Of a stretch of DNA of 64,000 nucleotides, positions 10,916 through 23,800 are shown in pieces. Position 1 is the stretch's first letter; every line of letters starts with the position of its first letter. Both the position numbers and the translations under genes were made by a program. Origin of the DNA: Hemiscyllium ocellatum (taxonomy: Eukaryota); NCBI RefSeq assembly GCF_020745735.1, contig NC_083424.1:49648999-49712998 (forward strand), written 5' to 3'. Under the pieces are notes generated by a model, which made no database searches, had not been told where the DNA came from, and saw nothing but the letters and a program-made list of their open reading frames with translations.

Positions 10916-11449
10916 CCACGCTTTCGAACTGAACTTCCGTTATAAATCGAAGTCGCTAGATTCAATGCAACAGTGGTCGCCATTAAAAAACTTAAGGGAA
11001 CCGAGAACGCATAAAGCCGAAAGCTAATGTTACCTCTTCTCAACCGCTATCTCTACAGATGCTGCCAGATCTGCTGACGCTTTCCAGCAATTTCTGTTTT
11101 TGTTTCAGATTTCCAGATTCAGCAGCTCATTGTTTTACTTGAAGCTAAAGTTACGACCCATTTTTGACTTCCCATTGCCCTTTGTGTTTTAAGAGGGAAT
11201 TTATATGGGGTTACCTTTCTCGCTTCGTCGATCAATTCAAGCTGATGGCGTTGGACACCATAATTTACTTATGGAAATCGTTACTATATATTTTAGTATT
11301 AATGCTCTGGATACGATATAATTTAAGGCAACCACGCCACAGCCCGAGGGTCCATTTCTTGTGCACGCCGACGAGAATCGCGGAACAGAAAAAAAGTGCC
11401 CTAAATATTTCACTAAAAATAACAAAGGATTCTGGGGATCTGAAACAAA

Positions 11450-11635
11450 AACAGAAATTCCTGGAGAAACTTAGCAGGTCTGGCATCATCTTTGGAGAGA
11501 AAGCAAAGTTAACATTTGCATTCCAGTTCTAATGAAGAGTCACCTGACTGGAAACGTCAACTCTGCTTTCTCCCCTCACACGCTACTAGACCTGCTGGGA
11601 GTTTCTCCAGCAATTTCTGCTTTTTTTTTTGTTTC
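11450..11635. mobile_element. Hairpin element, third family, in J-C intron
   Basis: Arms aaacagaaattcctggagaaac.tagcaggtct / agacctgctgggagtttctccagcaatttctg; decayed hammerhead-like core 11529-11558; present in all four units. Confidence 0.65.
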
Positions 11636-11917
11636 TTAAACATTTTCCCGTCCACTGGCACAGAGACGACGGCGCCAATTGTTCTTCTGGCCGTTGTAAA
11701 GCCGCTCAGCACAGAACAAAGAGCAGAATGCCTCATAAACCTGCAAGATTCAGTTCTTAACCAGTCAATGGACAGCTCCAGATAATTTGAAAATAATTTA
11801 TATTCTATTGTGAACAGAAAGTTACAACTGGAGCAGATTAAAATGCAGACATTCATAGTATTTTGCTCTTAAACGGAATAAAGTTTTGAGCTCTACAGGA
11901 AAAGGGATTTTACTCAC

Positions 11918-12265
11918 TGCCAACACTCAGCTTGGTGCCTGTGCCGAAGTAGCCGATGCTGCTTTTCCATATGGCACAGTAATAGTCCGCGACGTCTCCC
12001 GATTCAACTCTGCTGATACTTAACGTTCCTGTGTTGCCGGAGACAGAGCCCGAAAACCGGTCTGGAACACCTGAGGCTCTGTACGTGCTGCTGCCAGCGT
12101 AGTGATAAAGCAGATACCGAGGAGCGTTTCCAGATTTCTGCTGATACCAATAAATGTCACTGCTCCCTAAGGAGGCACCCGACAAAGTGCAACTAATCTG
12201 GACGGTCCCTCCGAGGGATGTCGATTTTGAAGGCGGTTGGTTTACTGTAATCTCTGCGCTCGAAA
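11918..12265 (-). CDS. IGLV-J: Germline-joined V-J exon of Ig light chain (cluster 1)
   Basis: Acceptor cctccag|TT, donor GGCA|gtgagt; EITVNQPP...ISC...IYW...DYYC-AIWKSSIGY-FGTGTKLSVG; V runs in frame into J with no RSS; 348 nt. Confidence 0.96.
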
Positions 12266-12411
12266 CTGGAGGAAGAAGGGCATCAAAAATCTTACTGCTG
12301 TGTACTTTGATCAATTATTGAAACGATTGAATATATACGCACTTGTAAGATCACACCAAACAACATTCACAAAATGGATTTCACAGTGAATCTAAATGTG
12401 AGAACACCCAC

Positions 12412-12460
12412 CTGCAACGCAGAAATAGAGTACAACAATAACACGTGACCAGTCAGACAT
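12412..12460 (-). CDS. Leader (signal peptide) exon, cluster 1
   Basis: caccATG; MSDWSRVIVVLYFCVA + G|gtgggt donor; phase 1 matches the V exon; 49 nt. Confidence 0.9.
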
Positions 12461-12536
12461 GGTGAAAAGTTTAACCAGGCTGAGATGCATTGAGAGCTGT
12501 TTAACCAGATGGATTCAGTACCTGAAAGGTTCACTC

Positions 12537-12588
12537 TTTTTATAAGACCTGACACCGAGAAGGTGTTGCCCTCTGCTGTTATGCAAAT
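12537..12588 (-). promoter_or_regulatory. IgL promoter: octamer ATTTGCAT (12581-12588) and TATAAAAA (12537-12544)
   Basis: Octamer in light-chain orientation ~120 nt upstream of ATG; TATA box between octamer and ATG. Confidence 0.88.
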
Positions 12589-13409
12589 TAATATTTCCAT
12601 CTCAACCAATCAGTCACTGAAATCCAAAGACAATCTCAAAATCCCTTCAGGGAACAGCAAATACGAGCAAGGTTATAGAAAAGCAAAATGCAGCAGTTGC
12701 GGAAATTCCAAGATTAAACAAAAAATACAGGCAGGAAATGTCGTGGAGCGAGAAATTGGATCCACATTTCATTTCTTGACCTTTCTATAGAAGCTAAAAA
12801 CACTTTGCTAAAAGCGTTGCTACTTTCCTAGTGTATGCTCTGAGCATTCTATGTTGCAAAATGGGATTTGAATCCTCGAAACAAGCAACAATAAAAGATA
12901 TGAGAAACAGATATAACATTTCGAGTCCAGAGACATCTTCAGTTCCGAAGAATGTAAAACGTTATCTCTGTTATTTTTCTCCACAGGTGTTAGTCAGACC
13001 CGCTGTGTTTCTCTAGCACTGTCAGTTTTTGATTATGACTTCCAGCATCCGCAGCATTGTGTGTTTATATAAAAGATGTCATTTACCTTCTGAAGCGTGC
13101 AACGCCTTTTTGACACATCTACCCAACACCCAAATGTCGCAGCGTTCCGCGAAAGTGATGGGGTCCAGTCCGCTCAGTGTTGGCTCCGTCTGCCTAAACG
13201 GTACAATTGTTCACTGGGAAGGACAGCTAAACTGAAACACAGATACTTCCTGAACTAATATCGCCAGAATTTTCAGTTTACTCTCTGAATCCTCTGCATT
13301 TTGTTTTTGTAATAGTTGCGTTTTCTATCACCTTACTTGCAGTTACTGTTCGTTGGAGAAACGTTGTAATTGTGTTTAGGTTTCACAGACTGGTTGGTTG
13401 AGTTGAAAA

Positions 13410-13580
13410 CATCCATGATTGTTAATTTTAACAGTGAGATCGATAAATGTTGTTCATCAAATGGATTACGGGACACAGGCCAAAGTCAGGAATACGGCGC
13501 AGGCCCACAGATCGACCTTATCTCATTAAATTGCGGAACAGGGTCGAGGGCCTGAATGGTCTACTCCTGTCACTATGTTC
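13410..13580 (+). mobile_element. CR1/SINE 3'-tail remnant
   Basis: gggtcgagggcctgaatggtctactcctgtcactatgttc is a typical CR1-type 3' end; repeated in every unit. Confidence 0.55.
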
Positions 13581-14882
13581 CATAGTTTCTCCATTGGTCA
13601 GTCATGTCACCAAGACAGGCTGTGAAAATAAATCAGACGAATAGGTTAGATTTAAGAACTGGCGCCAATAAAGCTGGAAAACCCAGATGCGGGCGTTTCG
13701 TGCAACTCGCGCGCTTTCCACTGCAGCTTGAATTATTAGTGAAATCCAAATAATGTCTCACAAAGCAAGTATGGTCAGAACGAACCCTTGGTGAGACCGA
13801 TTGGCGAGCTAATAGGCGAAAGGTCAGTAACGCAGCAGATGGAGGATTCATGGTCTGTGGATCCAAAAGGAGCATGTGAATAAGTATGCAATTACATTCA
13901 CATCGTTACTAACTCTGCCGTCGCTTCTTCACCAACGCATGCGATAATTACTGCTGTCTCCCTCTTGCTGAATTTAACATCTTTTATCGCAAATGATCGA
14001 AGGTTTCTTAAGTTGGAGATAAAGCTTTATTCAACTTCACTTTGAAAGTTTGACCAAAAAAAACTGTGAAACATTTCTTCAGTTACTGATGAAATAACGC
14101 ACCAGGAAGAGGTTGCCTCTTTCTTTCCACAGGAAACTGCAAGGCCTGTTGAATGTTTGCAGCATGTTTTTATTCCCAAGGTTAAATTAATTGAAACTAA
14201 GATTCAAGTACTTTGCAGTCTTATCTTTTCATGTTTATACAAGGTATATTGTTGTCAATAGTTGTAAAAGTGTATAAAGCCACTTCCTTCCAAAAGAAAA
14301 TAATAAAGCAAGTAAAATGTGCTTTTTACCCACAGTTTTCAGAAATAAGTGAAATTTCAGGAAACAGCATGTTTTAAGTCATCTGTATTTATTGGAAGGA
14401 TTTTCATTTGATAGCATGACACAATTTCTTATATAAAACATTTTCTGAGATTTCAAAATACGGGATGTTCATTCGCTCAACTACTACGTCAAAACTTGAG
14501 CATTGATTTATTTGCCTCCTATACTAGCGTCACTTAACCTTCGGTCAAGTGCTCACAGCAGGACGATCTCATACCTCTGTTAATCCTTCCTTTATCATCA
14601 AGATCTGATGTTATAACCCAGGTAAAGCTGTTGCAGCACACTACAACGACCTTAGCTCCGCGCTCAAGGGAGTACTTGAGGACATTCTTAAAATAGCCCA
14701 AACACCTCAAAAGGTTTTTCACTACCCTAACGAACCTTGCAACAGTCAGCTCGATGAATACATGGGCCTGGTACAGTATTAAATTCTTCTGTTTCGTTTT
14801 CTTGGTTCCAAAAAATCCAGTAGGGCCTAAAGTTTCTCATTAATTTTGCAGCCGTTCTCTCGGCGGCTCTCCCTAAATATGC

Positions 14883-15066
14883 TGTGCAAGCCTGGGGTGG
14901 ACAAAGCTAAAAAACGCACAACGCCAGGCTACATCCAACAGGTTTATTTGGAAGCACTAGCTTTCGGAGTGTTGCTACCTGACGAATAAGCAGCGCTCGG
15001 AAAACTGGTGCTACCAAATTAACCTGTTGGACTATAACCTGGTGTTGCGTGAATTTTAACTTTGTC
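14883..15066. mobile_element. Hairpin element with 14-bp TSD upstream of leader
   Basis: Same arm family as 6702 and 10258; TSD ctccctaaatatgc 14869-14882 and 15067-15080; paralogues ~32327-32503, ~48206-48395, ~63265-63455. Confidence 0.8.
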
Positions 15067-17988
15067 CTCCCTAAATATGCGTGATTGCAAATAAATTGTT
15101 TTGGCCTGATTCGGCGCTGGGAGTTCAGTGATTTGTACTACGCATCAATGGCGTTATTCGATTGAAAATAATAACGTATCCACTTTTGCTGATAAAACAA
15201 ATCCAAACGTGAATGCAGAAAGCTTGGAGGCAGAGGGCACAAACAGGCTGAAAATGCTTAGAGGGGTTTACTGAATCCTAATAAGCTCAATGTGGACATA
15301 TACAAAGCAGCCACTTGTCAAAATAAATAACAAAGCAGAACATTTACAACCTATATGAAAAGCCGAAATATTAATGCCCATAAAGTTTTCAGTGTACTAA
15401 TTTGGGGCATACAGAAATAATTACAGCAAACAATTTGCAACGCAAGTGGTTTGGAGAGTAAGAAAAAGTCACTCTCGCTCTAATTGCATGGAAATAGTCT
15501 GTGGATGTGGGACAAGCTTGTCGGGTGATACATTGCATGGTTTGGGCTTCATATTTAAAGAAAGATATCATTGCGTTACAGCTGCTACAGGGAAGGGTCA
15601 TGTGATAATTTCCTGGAGACACAGGGTCGGCCTAAGTTGTGAGGCTGAGAACATTGCGTCCATATTTCCAGGAAATCTGTGCAACGAAAGTCCATCTGAT
15701 TGAAGCATGATGTATTCTGAAGGGCCTTGAGCTGCTAAACACTGAAAATGCGAAGTCTGGTATCTTTCAACCAGAAATCGGACATTAAAGTCTCAATTCA
15801 AAGTGAAACAAATGGCTTTATTTTGTCATCAACACCTTTTTGAAAAACAATGAAGACCAAACGACTGTAAAGCATTTGCAAAAACGTTGCGCTGATTTGT
15901 CGTATTTTGAAATATTAAACGTTTATCCCTTCGTTGATTATTTGCATGTTGCTATAGAATTGTTGCACAATTAATAATAACTGCAATTTATGTGGAACAG
16001 AGCCAATAAGCATGATCTGAACTCGCAACTAACTATGAATAAAGACGCAATCGGAAGATAGAGGGGGAAATCATTCTGCTGCCAGTGCCCGTGGGCTGTT
16101 GTCACAATGAGGGCGGGTGAGCAGATGTGAGGGATGTAAAGGCCTGAAGGCTATTTACATCTTTCTCGCATCCATGACCTGCCCTCTCCTGCTCCCGCAG
16201 GTCATGCTCAGCAGCAGATAATCCGGCGCCGGATTGCTGCGGGACTAAGTTGCAACCGCTGTCACTTCAGCGACTCTCTCATGCACGTGAACGCATCCTA
16301 AACATGCTGGCAGAGTAGACACAAGCACTTGTGTCTGTCCAGGCTGAATGCAACATTCTGATTAAAGACGGCCTGCGATCAGTTTCCAGCCCCAAAACAT
16401 TTGGAACAAATTAAGCTTTCCCCAAAGCATCTGTTACTTTCTGCAATAGGTTATCACTGTCTCATTCGTAAAACGTGTGCACCTGAGGCTCTAACTTCTT
16501 GACATGCATCTGATGTGACCTATGTGTTGATGAATAACGTGAAACGTGTACTTCCAAATTTCCGGGAGTATCACTGTCTGTTATTGAGAGCAGCGCCGAA
16601 CCCTCTTCTACTGAACCCATGACATGAGCTTCACGGACACCTTGCTCAGGGTGACGGAGTAATGGAGATAGAGAGGCAGGATTTCATAATCACACACTCT
16701 CCCTTCTTCGAGCTGGACGTTTGAGGTGAACACAAGTGTTACCGCACAACCATCACATATAGAGTGCGCCCCCTGCTGCTCCCTTTCATGATGTCTCTTT
16801 TCCTCCTTCAAAACACTTCCATATTACGTTTGTGGAAAATCCACGGTTCTGTCGCAGGAACAACATTCCATTGCAGACACTAAGCAGCTGTCACTGCTGA
16901 ATTACAGCCGTCACCAATTGATATCCCCATTGATTCTGTAGACTGCTCAGAGAATTGCATTTACAGTTATTAGAAATAACTAATTTTCTTGTGGATACGT
17001 AATTCCCTCTTTCAGTTCGTGACATCCTCCTTGTACATAGAGCCATACATCACGGAAACAGACCTTTCGGCTGAAAAAGTCCATTCCGAATGTAATTCCA
17101 AACTAAACTCGTCCCACTTGACTGCGATTGGCTCATATACCACAAAACAGTTCCTATTTATTTGCGTATCCAAATATCTTCTACATTCTGGAATTGTACC
17201 CACATGCACCATGTCCTTTGGAAGTTCATTCCACACTTGAATGACACGCTTGTGTAAAACAGTTATCCCGAGTGTCTTTTTTGATTCTTTATCTCCTCAA
17301 ATTCGACATATGCCTCCTAGTCTTGAAATTCCTGACCACTGGGCCAATACACCTGCCATTCACCTTTTCTATGCCCCTCATGATTTTATAAGTCTTTATA
17401 AGGTCACCCCTCAACCTCCCACACACCAATGAGAAACGTCCCAGCCTATCCAGCCTCTTCCTGGAATATAACTCTCCATCCCTGACAAAATTCTGGTAAA
17501 TCTCTTCTTAACTCTCTCCAGTTCAATGATAGCATACTTATAACAGGGTGATCAGAACTGTAGACGGTACGCCAGAAATGGTCTCGCCAATGTACTGCAA
17601 ACCTCAACATGATGTCTCAACTTCCATACTCAAAGCTCTGAAGAATGAAGGCAAACGTCCTAAACGCATTCTCAACCACCCTGGCTGAATGTGACGCACA
17701 CTTCAACAAATGATTCCCTAGCCCATCTATCCTACAACAATACCCAAGGTCCTACTTTTACTTGTGTAAGTCCTGTCTTTGTCTTACCAAAATGCAGTAC
17801 CTCCAAATTAAAAACCATCTGCCAACTCCTGAGCTCATTGGCCTAATTCGTCAAGGTTTCTTTGTAATCATAGATAACCTTTTTTGTCCACTATACTGTT
17901 AATGTTCATAGAGCATAGAACATAGAAAAATACAACGCAGTACAGGCCCTTCGGCCCTCGATGTTGCGCCGATCCAAGCCCACCTAAC

Positions 17989-19538
17989 CTACACTAGCCC
18001 ACTATCCTCCATATGCCTACCCAATGCCCGTTTAAATGCACATAAAGAGGGAGAGTCCACCACTGTTACTGGCAGGGCATTCCATGAACTCATGAAACGC
18101 TGAGTAAAGAATCTACCCCTAACATCTGTCCTATACCTACCACCCCTTAATATAAAGCTATGCCCCCTCGTAATATCTGACTCCATACGTGGAAAAAGGT
18201 TCTCATGGTCAACCCTATCTAAACCCCTAAGCATCTTGCACACCTCTATAAAGTCACCCCTAAACCTTCTTTTCTCCAATGAAAACAGCCCCAAGTGCCT
18301 CAGCCTTTCCTCATATGATCTTCCTACCATACCAGGCAACATCCTGGTAAACCTCCTTTGCACCAGTTCCAGTGCCTCCACATCCTTCCTATAGTATGGC
18401 GACCAAAACTGCACACAATACTCCAGATGCGGCCGCACCAGAGTCTTATACAACTGCAACATGACCTCAGGACTCCAGAACTCAATTCCTCTACCAATAA
18501 AAGCAAGTACGCCATATGCCTTCTTCACAGCACTATTTACCTCGATGGCAACTTTCAGAGATCTGTACACATGGACACCAAGATCCCTCTGCTCATCCAC
18601 ACGACCAAGTATCCGACCATTAGCCCAGTACTCCATCTTCTTGTTACTCTTACCAAAGTGAGTCACTTCACACTTAGCTACATTGTACTCCATTTGCCAC
18701 CTTTCTGCCCAGCTCTGCAGCTTATCTTTAGCCCGCTGTAACCTGCCACATCCTTCCTCACTGTCAACAACTCCACCGACTTTCGTATCATCCGCAAACT
18801 TGCCCACCCAAACTTCTAGCCCCTCCTCCAGGTCATTTATAAAAATGACGAACAGCAATAGTCCCAAATCAGATCCTTGTGGAGCACCGCTGGTAACTGC
18901 ACTCCAAGATGAACCTTTACCATCAACTACTACCCTCTGTCTTCTTCCAGCCAGCCAATTCCTAATCCAAACCTCCAACTGACCCTCAATGCCATACCTC
19001 CGTATTTTTTGCAGTAGCCTACCCTGGGGAACCTTATCAATGCCTTACTAAAATCCATATACTCCACATCTACTGCTTTACCCTCATCCACCTCCTTAGT
19101 CACCTTCTCAAAGAATTCAATAAAGTTTGTGAGGCACGACCTGCCCTTCTCAAAACCATGCTGACTATCCTTGATCACATTATTCCTATCCAGATGTTCA
19201 TAAATCCTATCCCTTACAATTCTCTCTAAGAATTTGCCCACAACAGAGGTAAGACTCACCGGCCTATAGTTACTAGGGTTATCCCTACTCCCCTTCTTGA
19301 ACAATGGAACCACATTTGCTATCCTCCAGTCTTCTGGCACTATTCCTGTAGACAACGAGGACATAAAAATCAAGGCCAATGGCTCTGCAATCTCTTCCCT
19401 TGCTTCCCAGAGAATCCTAGGATAAATGCCATCAGGCCCAGGGGACTTATCTATTTTCACCCTTTCCAGCATTTCCAACACCTCTTCCCTACATACCTCA
19501 AAGCCATCCATTCTCATTAATTGTGACTCAATATTCAC
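17989..19538 (-). pseudogene. CR1 reverse transcriptase domain, frameshifted
   Basis: KSPGPDGI, NYRPVSLTS, QHGF, DFSKA, APQGS.LG, KFADDTK motifs split over ORFs 18930-19538 and 17989-18978. Confidence 0.9.
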
Positions 19539-19691
19539 ATCGGCAACAATGTCCTATTCCTGAGTGAATACTGACGAAAAGTATTCATTCAGTGTCTCCC
19601 CAATTTCTTCAGCCTCCACACGCAACTTCCCACTACTCCCCTTGACTGGACCTATTCCTACCCTAGTCATTCTTTTATTCCTGACATACCT

Positions 19692-20813
19692 CTAGAAAGC
19701 CTTTGGGTTTTCCCTAATCCTACCAACCGAGGACTTTTCATGTCCCCTCCTTGCTGCTCTTACCTCTCTCTTTAGATCTTTCCTGGCTACCTTATAGCTC
19801 TCAATCGCCCCAATTGAACCTTCACGCCTCATCTTTACATAGGCCGCCTTCTTCCCTTTAACAAGGGATTCCAATTCCTTTTTAAACCACGGCTGCCTCA
19901 CACGACCCTTTCCTCCCTGCCTGTCATACTTATCAAAGACATTCAATAGTTGCTCGTTGATCAAGCACCACATATCGATTGTACCCTTCCCTTTAAGCTT
20001 ACTTCTCCAAGCCACGCATCCTAAGTCATGCCTCACTGCATCATAATTTCCCTGCCCCCAGCTATAACTCTTGCCCTGTAGTGCAGACTTATCCCTCTCC
20101 ATCACTAGAGTAAAAGTCACCGAATTGTGGTCACTGTCTCCAAAGTGCTCACCTACCTCCAATTCTAACACCTGGCCTGGTTCGTTACCCAGAACCAAAT
20201 CCAGTATGGCCTCACCTCTGGTTGGCCTGTCTACATATTGTGTCAGGAAACCCTCCTGCACCGACAAACACCGACCAATCTAACGTACTCGAGCTATAGC
20301 TTTCCCAGTCAATATCTGGAAAGTTAAAGTCCCCATAACAGCCACCTTATTACTTTCAATTTTCTCCTGAATCATCCTCGCAATCCTTTCTTCTATGTCT
20401 CTAGGACTATTAGGAGGCCTGTAGAAACAGGGTGACCTCACCTTTCCTATTTCGAAGCTCAGCCCAAAGTACCTCAGATGGTGAGTCTTCATACTTGGTC
20501 CTTTCCACTGCTGTAATATTATCTTTGGCAAGCAATGCCACACATCCCCCTCTTTTACCCCACCTCTGACCCTATTAAAACATTTAAACTCTGGAACCTG
20601 CAACAGCCAATCCTGTCCCTGTTCTGCCCATGTCTCCGTAATAGCCACAACATCGAAATCCCAGGTACCACCCCACGCTGCAAGTTCACCTACCTTATTT
20701 CGTATACTTCTCGCATTGAAGTATACACACTTCAAGCCACCTTCCTGTTTACAGGAACCCTCCTTCGAGATTGATGCCATGTTCCTAACCTCCCTACACT
20801 CAAGGTCCTGCAC
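19692..20813 (-). pseudogene. CR1 apurinic-type endonuclease domain, frameshifted
   Basis: CVYFNARSI, DVVAITETW, YRPPN, ILDLVL, GDSDHN motifs. Confidence 0.88.
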
Positions 20814-23800
20814 CCTAAAGTTACAGTCTAGGTTCCCATGTCCCTGCAGAATTAGTCATACACAAACTTACTAATCATGCCTTTTATGTCCTGATTTAAT
20901 TCATTCATATAAGTGACAAACGAAAGTGGATCCAGGACCGAACCCTGCAGAACACCGTTTGTAACAGGCCTCCAGTTCGAAAAACAACCCTGCACTCTGA
21001 TTCTCTGTCTCCTACTGTAAAGGCAATTTTGTACCAATTGGTAAGCTCACCCTGAATCCCATGTGATCTGATTTAATTAATTAGTCTACGCTGCAGAACC
21101 TTGTCGAAGGCTTTGAAAATTTCAAATAAATATTTTAACATTAGATGGAGCACTAGTTGGTAATCCGCAAAATCGCCGCCTCTCTATGTCAGGTCTGGTA
21201 ATTCAAGAATGCTTTCCATGTCCCGTACCCGGGTGGAACTTCATTCTAAGACGTGGGAAAACCGTGGCAATCCGGTCGGGATGTGGGGTGGGGCGGGGTG
21301 GATGGGGAATGGCTGTGGTTTCAGTTTCTCTGCATTGGAAAATCGCACCCAGATCTGTGTGAATGCACTCAAGCAAAGAGCATGCTGTTGGTTAAAGCTC
21401 TGCTTTTTGTTTTCTGCTCAGACCATAATAGAAACCCTGTGGGACTATCTGCAGTAAACCTTCAGGTGAAATCACTGGTTCGATTAGAGGTGAAGTGATC
21501 TGAAATCAGTTTGGTGTTCCCGGATTTGGACGAATGAGCCGCTCAATTCCTCAATGAAATTCAATAGCCACAAATCCCATTTCAGCCCTCCACAAACCCC
21601 AACCAATTGGAATCTTTTTGGCATTTCGTTTCCGTTTCCAAAAGATCTGAACGCAATTGGACAGCGCTGGGTTTTGAGAATGGGGTAGTGGCAGTTGTTG
21701 CGACTCGGGTACTGTGTTGCTGGAAAAGCACAGCAGGTCAGGCAGCATCCAAGGAGCAGAAATATCGACATTTCAGGCGGAGCCCTTCATCAGGAATGAG
21801 GCTGAGAGCCCTGGCTGTGGAGAGGTAAATGGGAGGGGGAGTGGCTGGGGGGAAGGTAGCTGGGAGGTAGACGGAGGTGGGGGTGATGGTGATAGGCAGG
21901 CCATGAGGGCTGTGCTGAGCTGGAAGGTTGGAACTGGGGTAAGGTGGGGTGAGGGGAAATGAGGGAATTGGTCAAGTCCACATTGATGCCCTGGAGTTGA
22001 AGGGTCCCGAGGCGGAATATAAGGCATTCTTCCTCCAGGCTTGGGAGATGAGAGAATGACGATGGAGGAGGCGCAGGACCCGCTTGTTCTCTGCACCGTG
22101 GGAGGGGCAGTTGAAATGTTCGGCCACAGGGTGGTGGGGTTGATTGATGTGGGTGTCCCGGCGACGTTATCTAAAGTGCTCTGCGCGAAGGTGTCCAGTC
22201 ACCCAGTGTAGAGGAGTCTGCATCGAGGGGAACTGATACAATAAATGACACGTCTGGAAGTGCAGCTGAAATTGTCCCACCTGTCAATCTTCCTTCCCAC
22301 CTATCCGCTCCACCCTCCCCTCTGACCTATCATCTTTACCCCCACCTCCGTCCGCCAATTGCACACCCAGCTACCTTCTCCACAGCCCCAATCCTTTCCA
22401 TTTATCTCTCCATTCCAGAGGCTCCCCGCTTCGTTCCTGATGGCGGGCTCCGGCCCAAAACGTCGGTTTACATGCTCTTTGCATGCTTCCTGACCTGCTG
22501 TGCTTTTCCAGTAACACACTCCAACTCTGATCGCCAGCATCTGCAGACCTCCATGTCTCCCTGCTGGTCTGGATGACCATTTACCGAACTGATCTGTTTT
22601 AAACACTTGGATTCACTTCCGAGCTTCTAACGAGAAGGCAGCATAAACAACAAACTTCACCCTGTCACCCTCAAAACACCATCAGACAACCATGCTGTCC
22701 GGGCCGAGTGCTTGGTCTGCCCAGTGGAAAGCCACAGCTCAGTCAAAGAGCATTCAACTGCGCCATTGAACCTCCAGAGTAAAAAAGAATGAAGATTAAA
22801 ATCTTGTTGACTGCACATCTTGCTTTTTACTGCATTTCATAGGATCTCTCCCGCTATGAAATCAAAAACAAATTGAATGATTCCCTCTGCTGGGTGAACT
22901 TTACAGTTAACAATTAATAACAAGGCTAGCATTTTGTTTAAGACAGATCAATTTTGTTAAATGAGGTACCATCCACACGAATGTTTAAACTGTCAACTTT
23001 TAAGTATGGAGTCATAGAATCATACAGTACAGAAGATACCAACTGAACCATCGACTCTCTGCACCTCATTTGGAGTGTGAAGAAAACAAAATTCATATCC
23101 AAACCCTGTCAAAATGCCATAGTCATTCAGTGGCTCTGATGGAGCACAATGGTTCAACCATTTAAAATAAGAAAAATATTCACATTGCGTGAATAAATTA
23201 CGTATAGATTAAGTAGCAGATCAAATGAATTACTAGGAGTGTGCTTTCCTGGGACAGGTAAAAATAATGACTGTTGTTTCTGGAAACCAGATTCTTGATT
23301 AGTGGTGCTGGAATATCACAGCAGTTCAGGCAGCATCCAAGGAGCAGTAAAATCAACGTTTCAGGCAAAAGCCCTTCATCAGGAATACAGGATAGAACCT
23401 GAAGGCTGGAGAGACAAGTGAGAGGAGGGGAGGGTGGGGAGAAAGTAGCACAGAGTACAATAGGTGAGTGGGGGAGGAGATGAAGGTGACATATCGGTGG
23501 AGGTAGGGTGGAGTGGATAGGTGGTAAAGAAGATAGGCAGGTCGTAGTCATTGAGTTATAGAGATGTACACCATGGAAACAGACTCTTCGGTCCAACCCG
23601 TCCATGCCGACCAGATATCCCAACCCAATCTAGTCCCACCTGCCGATTCCCAGCCCATATCCCTCCAAACCCTTCCTATTCATATACCCATCCAAATGCC
23701 TCTCAAATGTTGCAATTGTACCAGCCTCCTCTGGCAGCTCATTCCGTACACGTACCACCCTCTGCGTGAAAAAGTTGCCCCTTAGGTCTCTCTTATATCT

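Larger units (their letters stand above)
3..16322. repeat. Tandem Ig-cluster repeat unit 1 (type A)
   Basis: Anchor aagcactt(g/a)tgtc recurs at 3, 16323, 33967 and 49636, with colinear content between anchors. Confidence 0.9.
17910..20854 (-). mobile_element. CR1-clade LINE (AP endonuclease + RT), unit-2-specific insertion
   Basis: Empty site tgttcat|gtcatccacaaac in unit 1 (~3181-3200); 3' tail catagaacatag at the left end. Confidence 0.92.

Noticed and set aside
11974-11980. Cryptic heptamer TACTGTG at the YYC codons
   Set aside because: Generic consequence of Tyr-Cys-Ala codons in V genes; no nonamer and no evidence of use
12382-12409. RSS-like CACAGTG + 12 nt + agaacaccc in the cluster 1 leader intron
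   Set aside because: Nonamer matches only 6 of 9 positions and the heptamer is not conserved in clusters 2-4
12367-12609. ORF MVEMEILICI... upstream of V as an alternative leader
   Set aside because: Out of frame with the real leader, runs through promoter and intron, and ends in a stop before V
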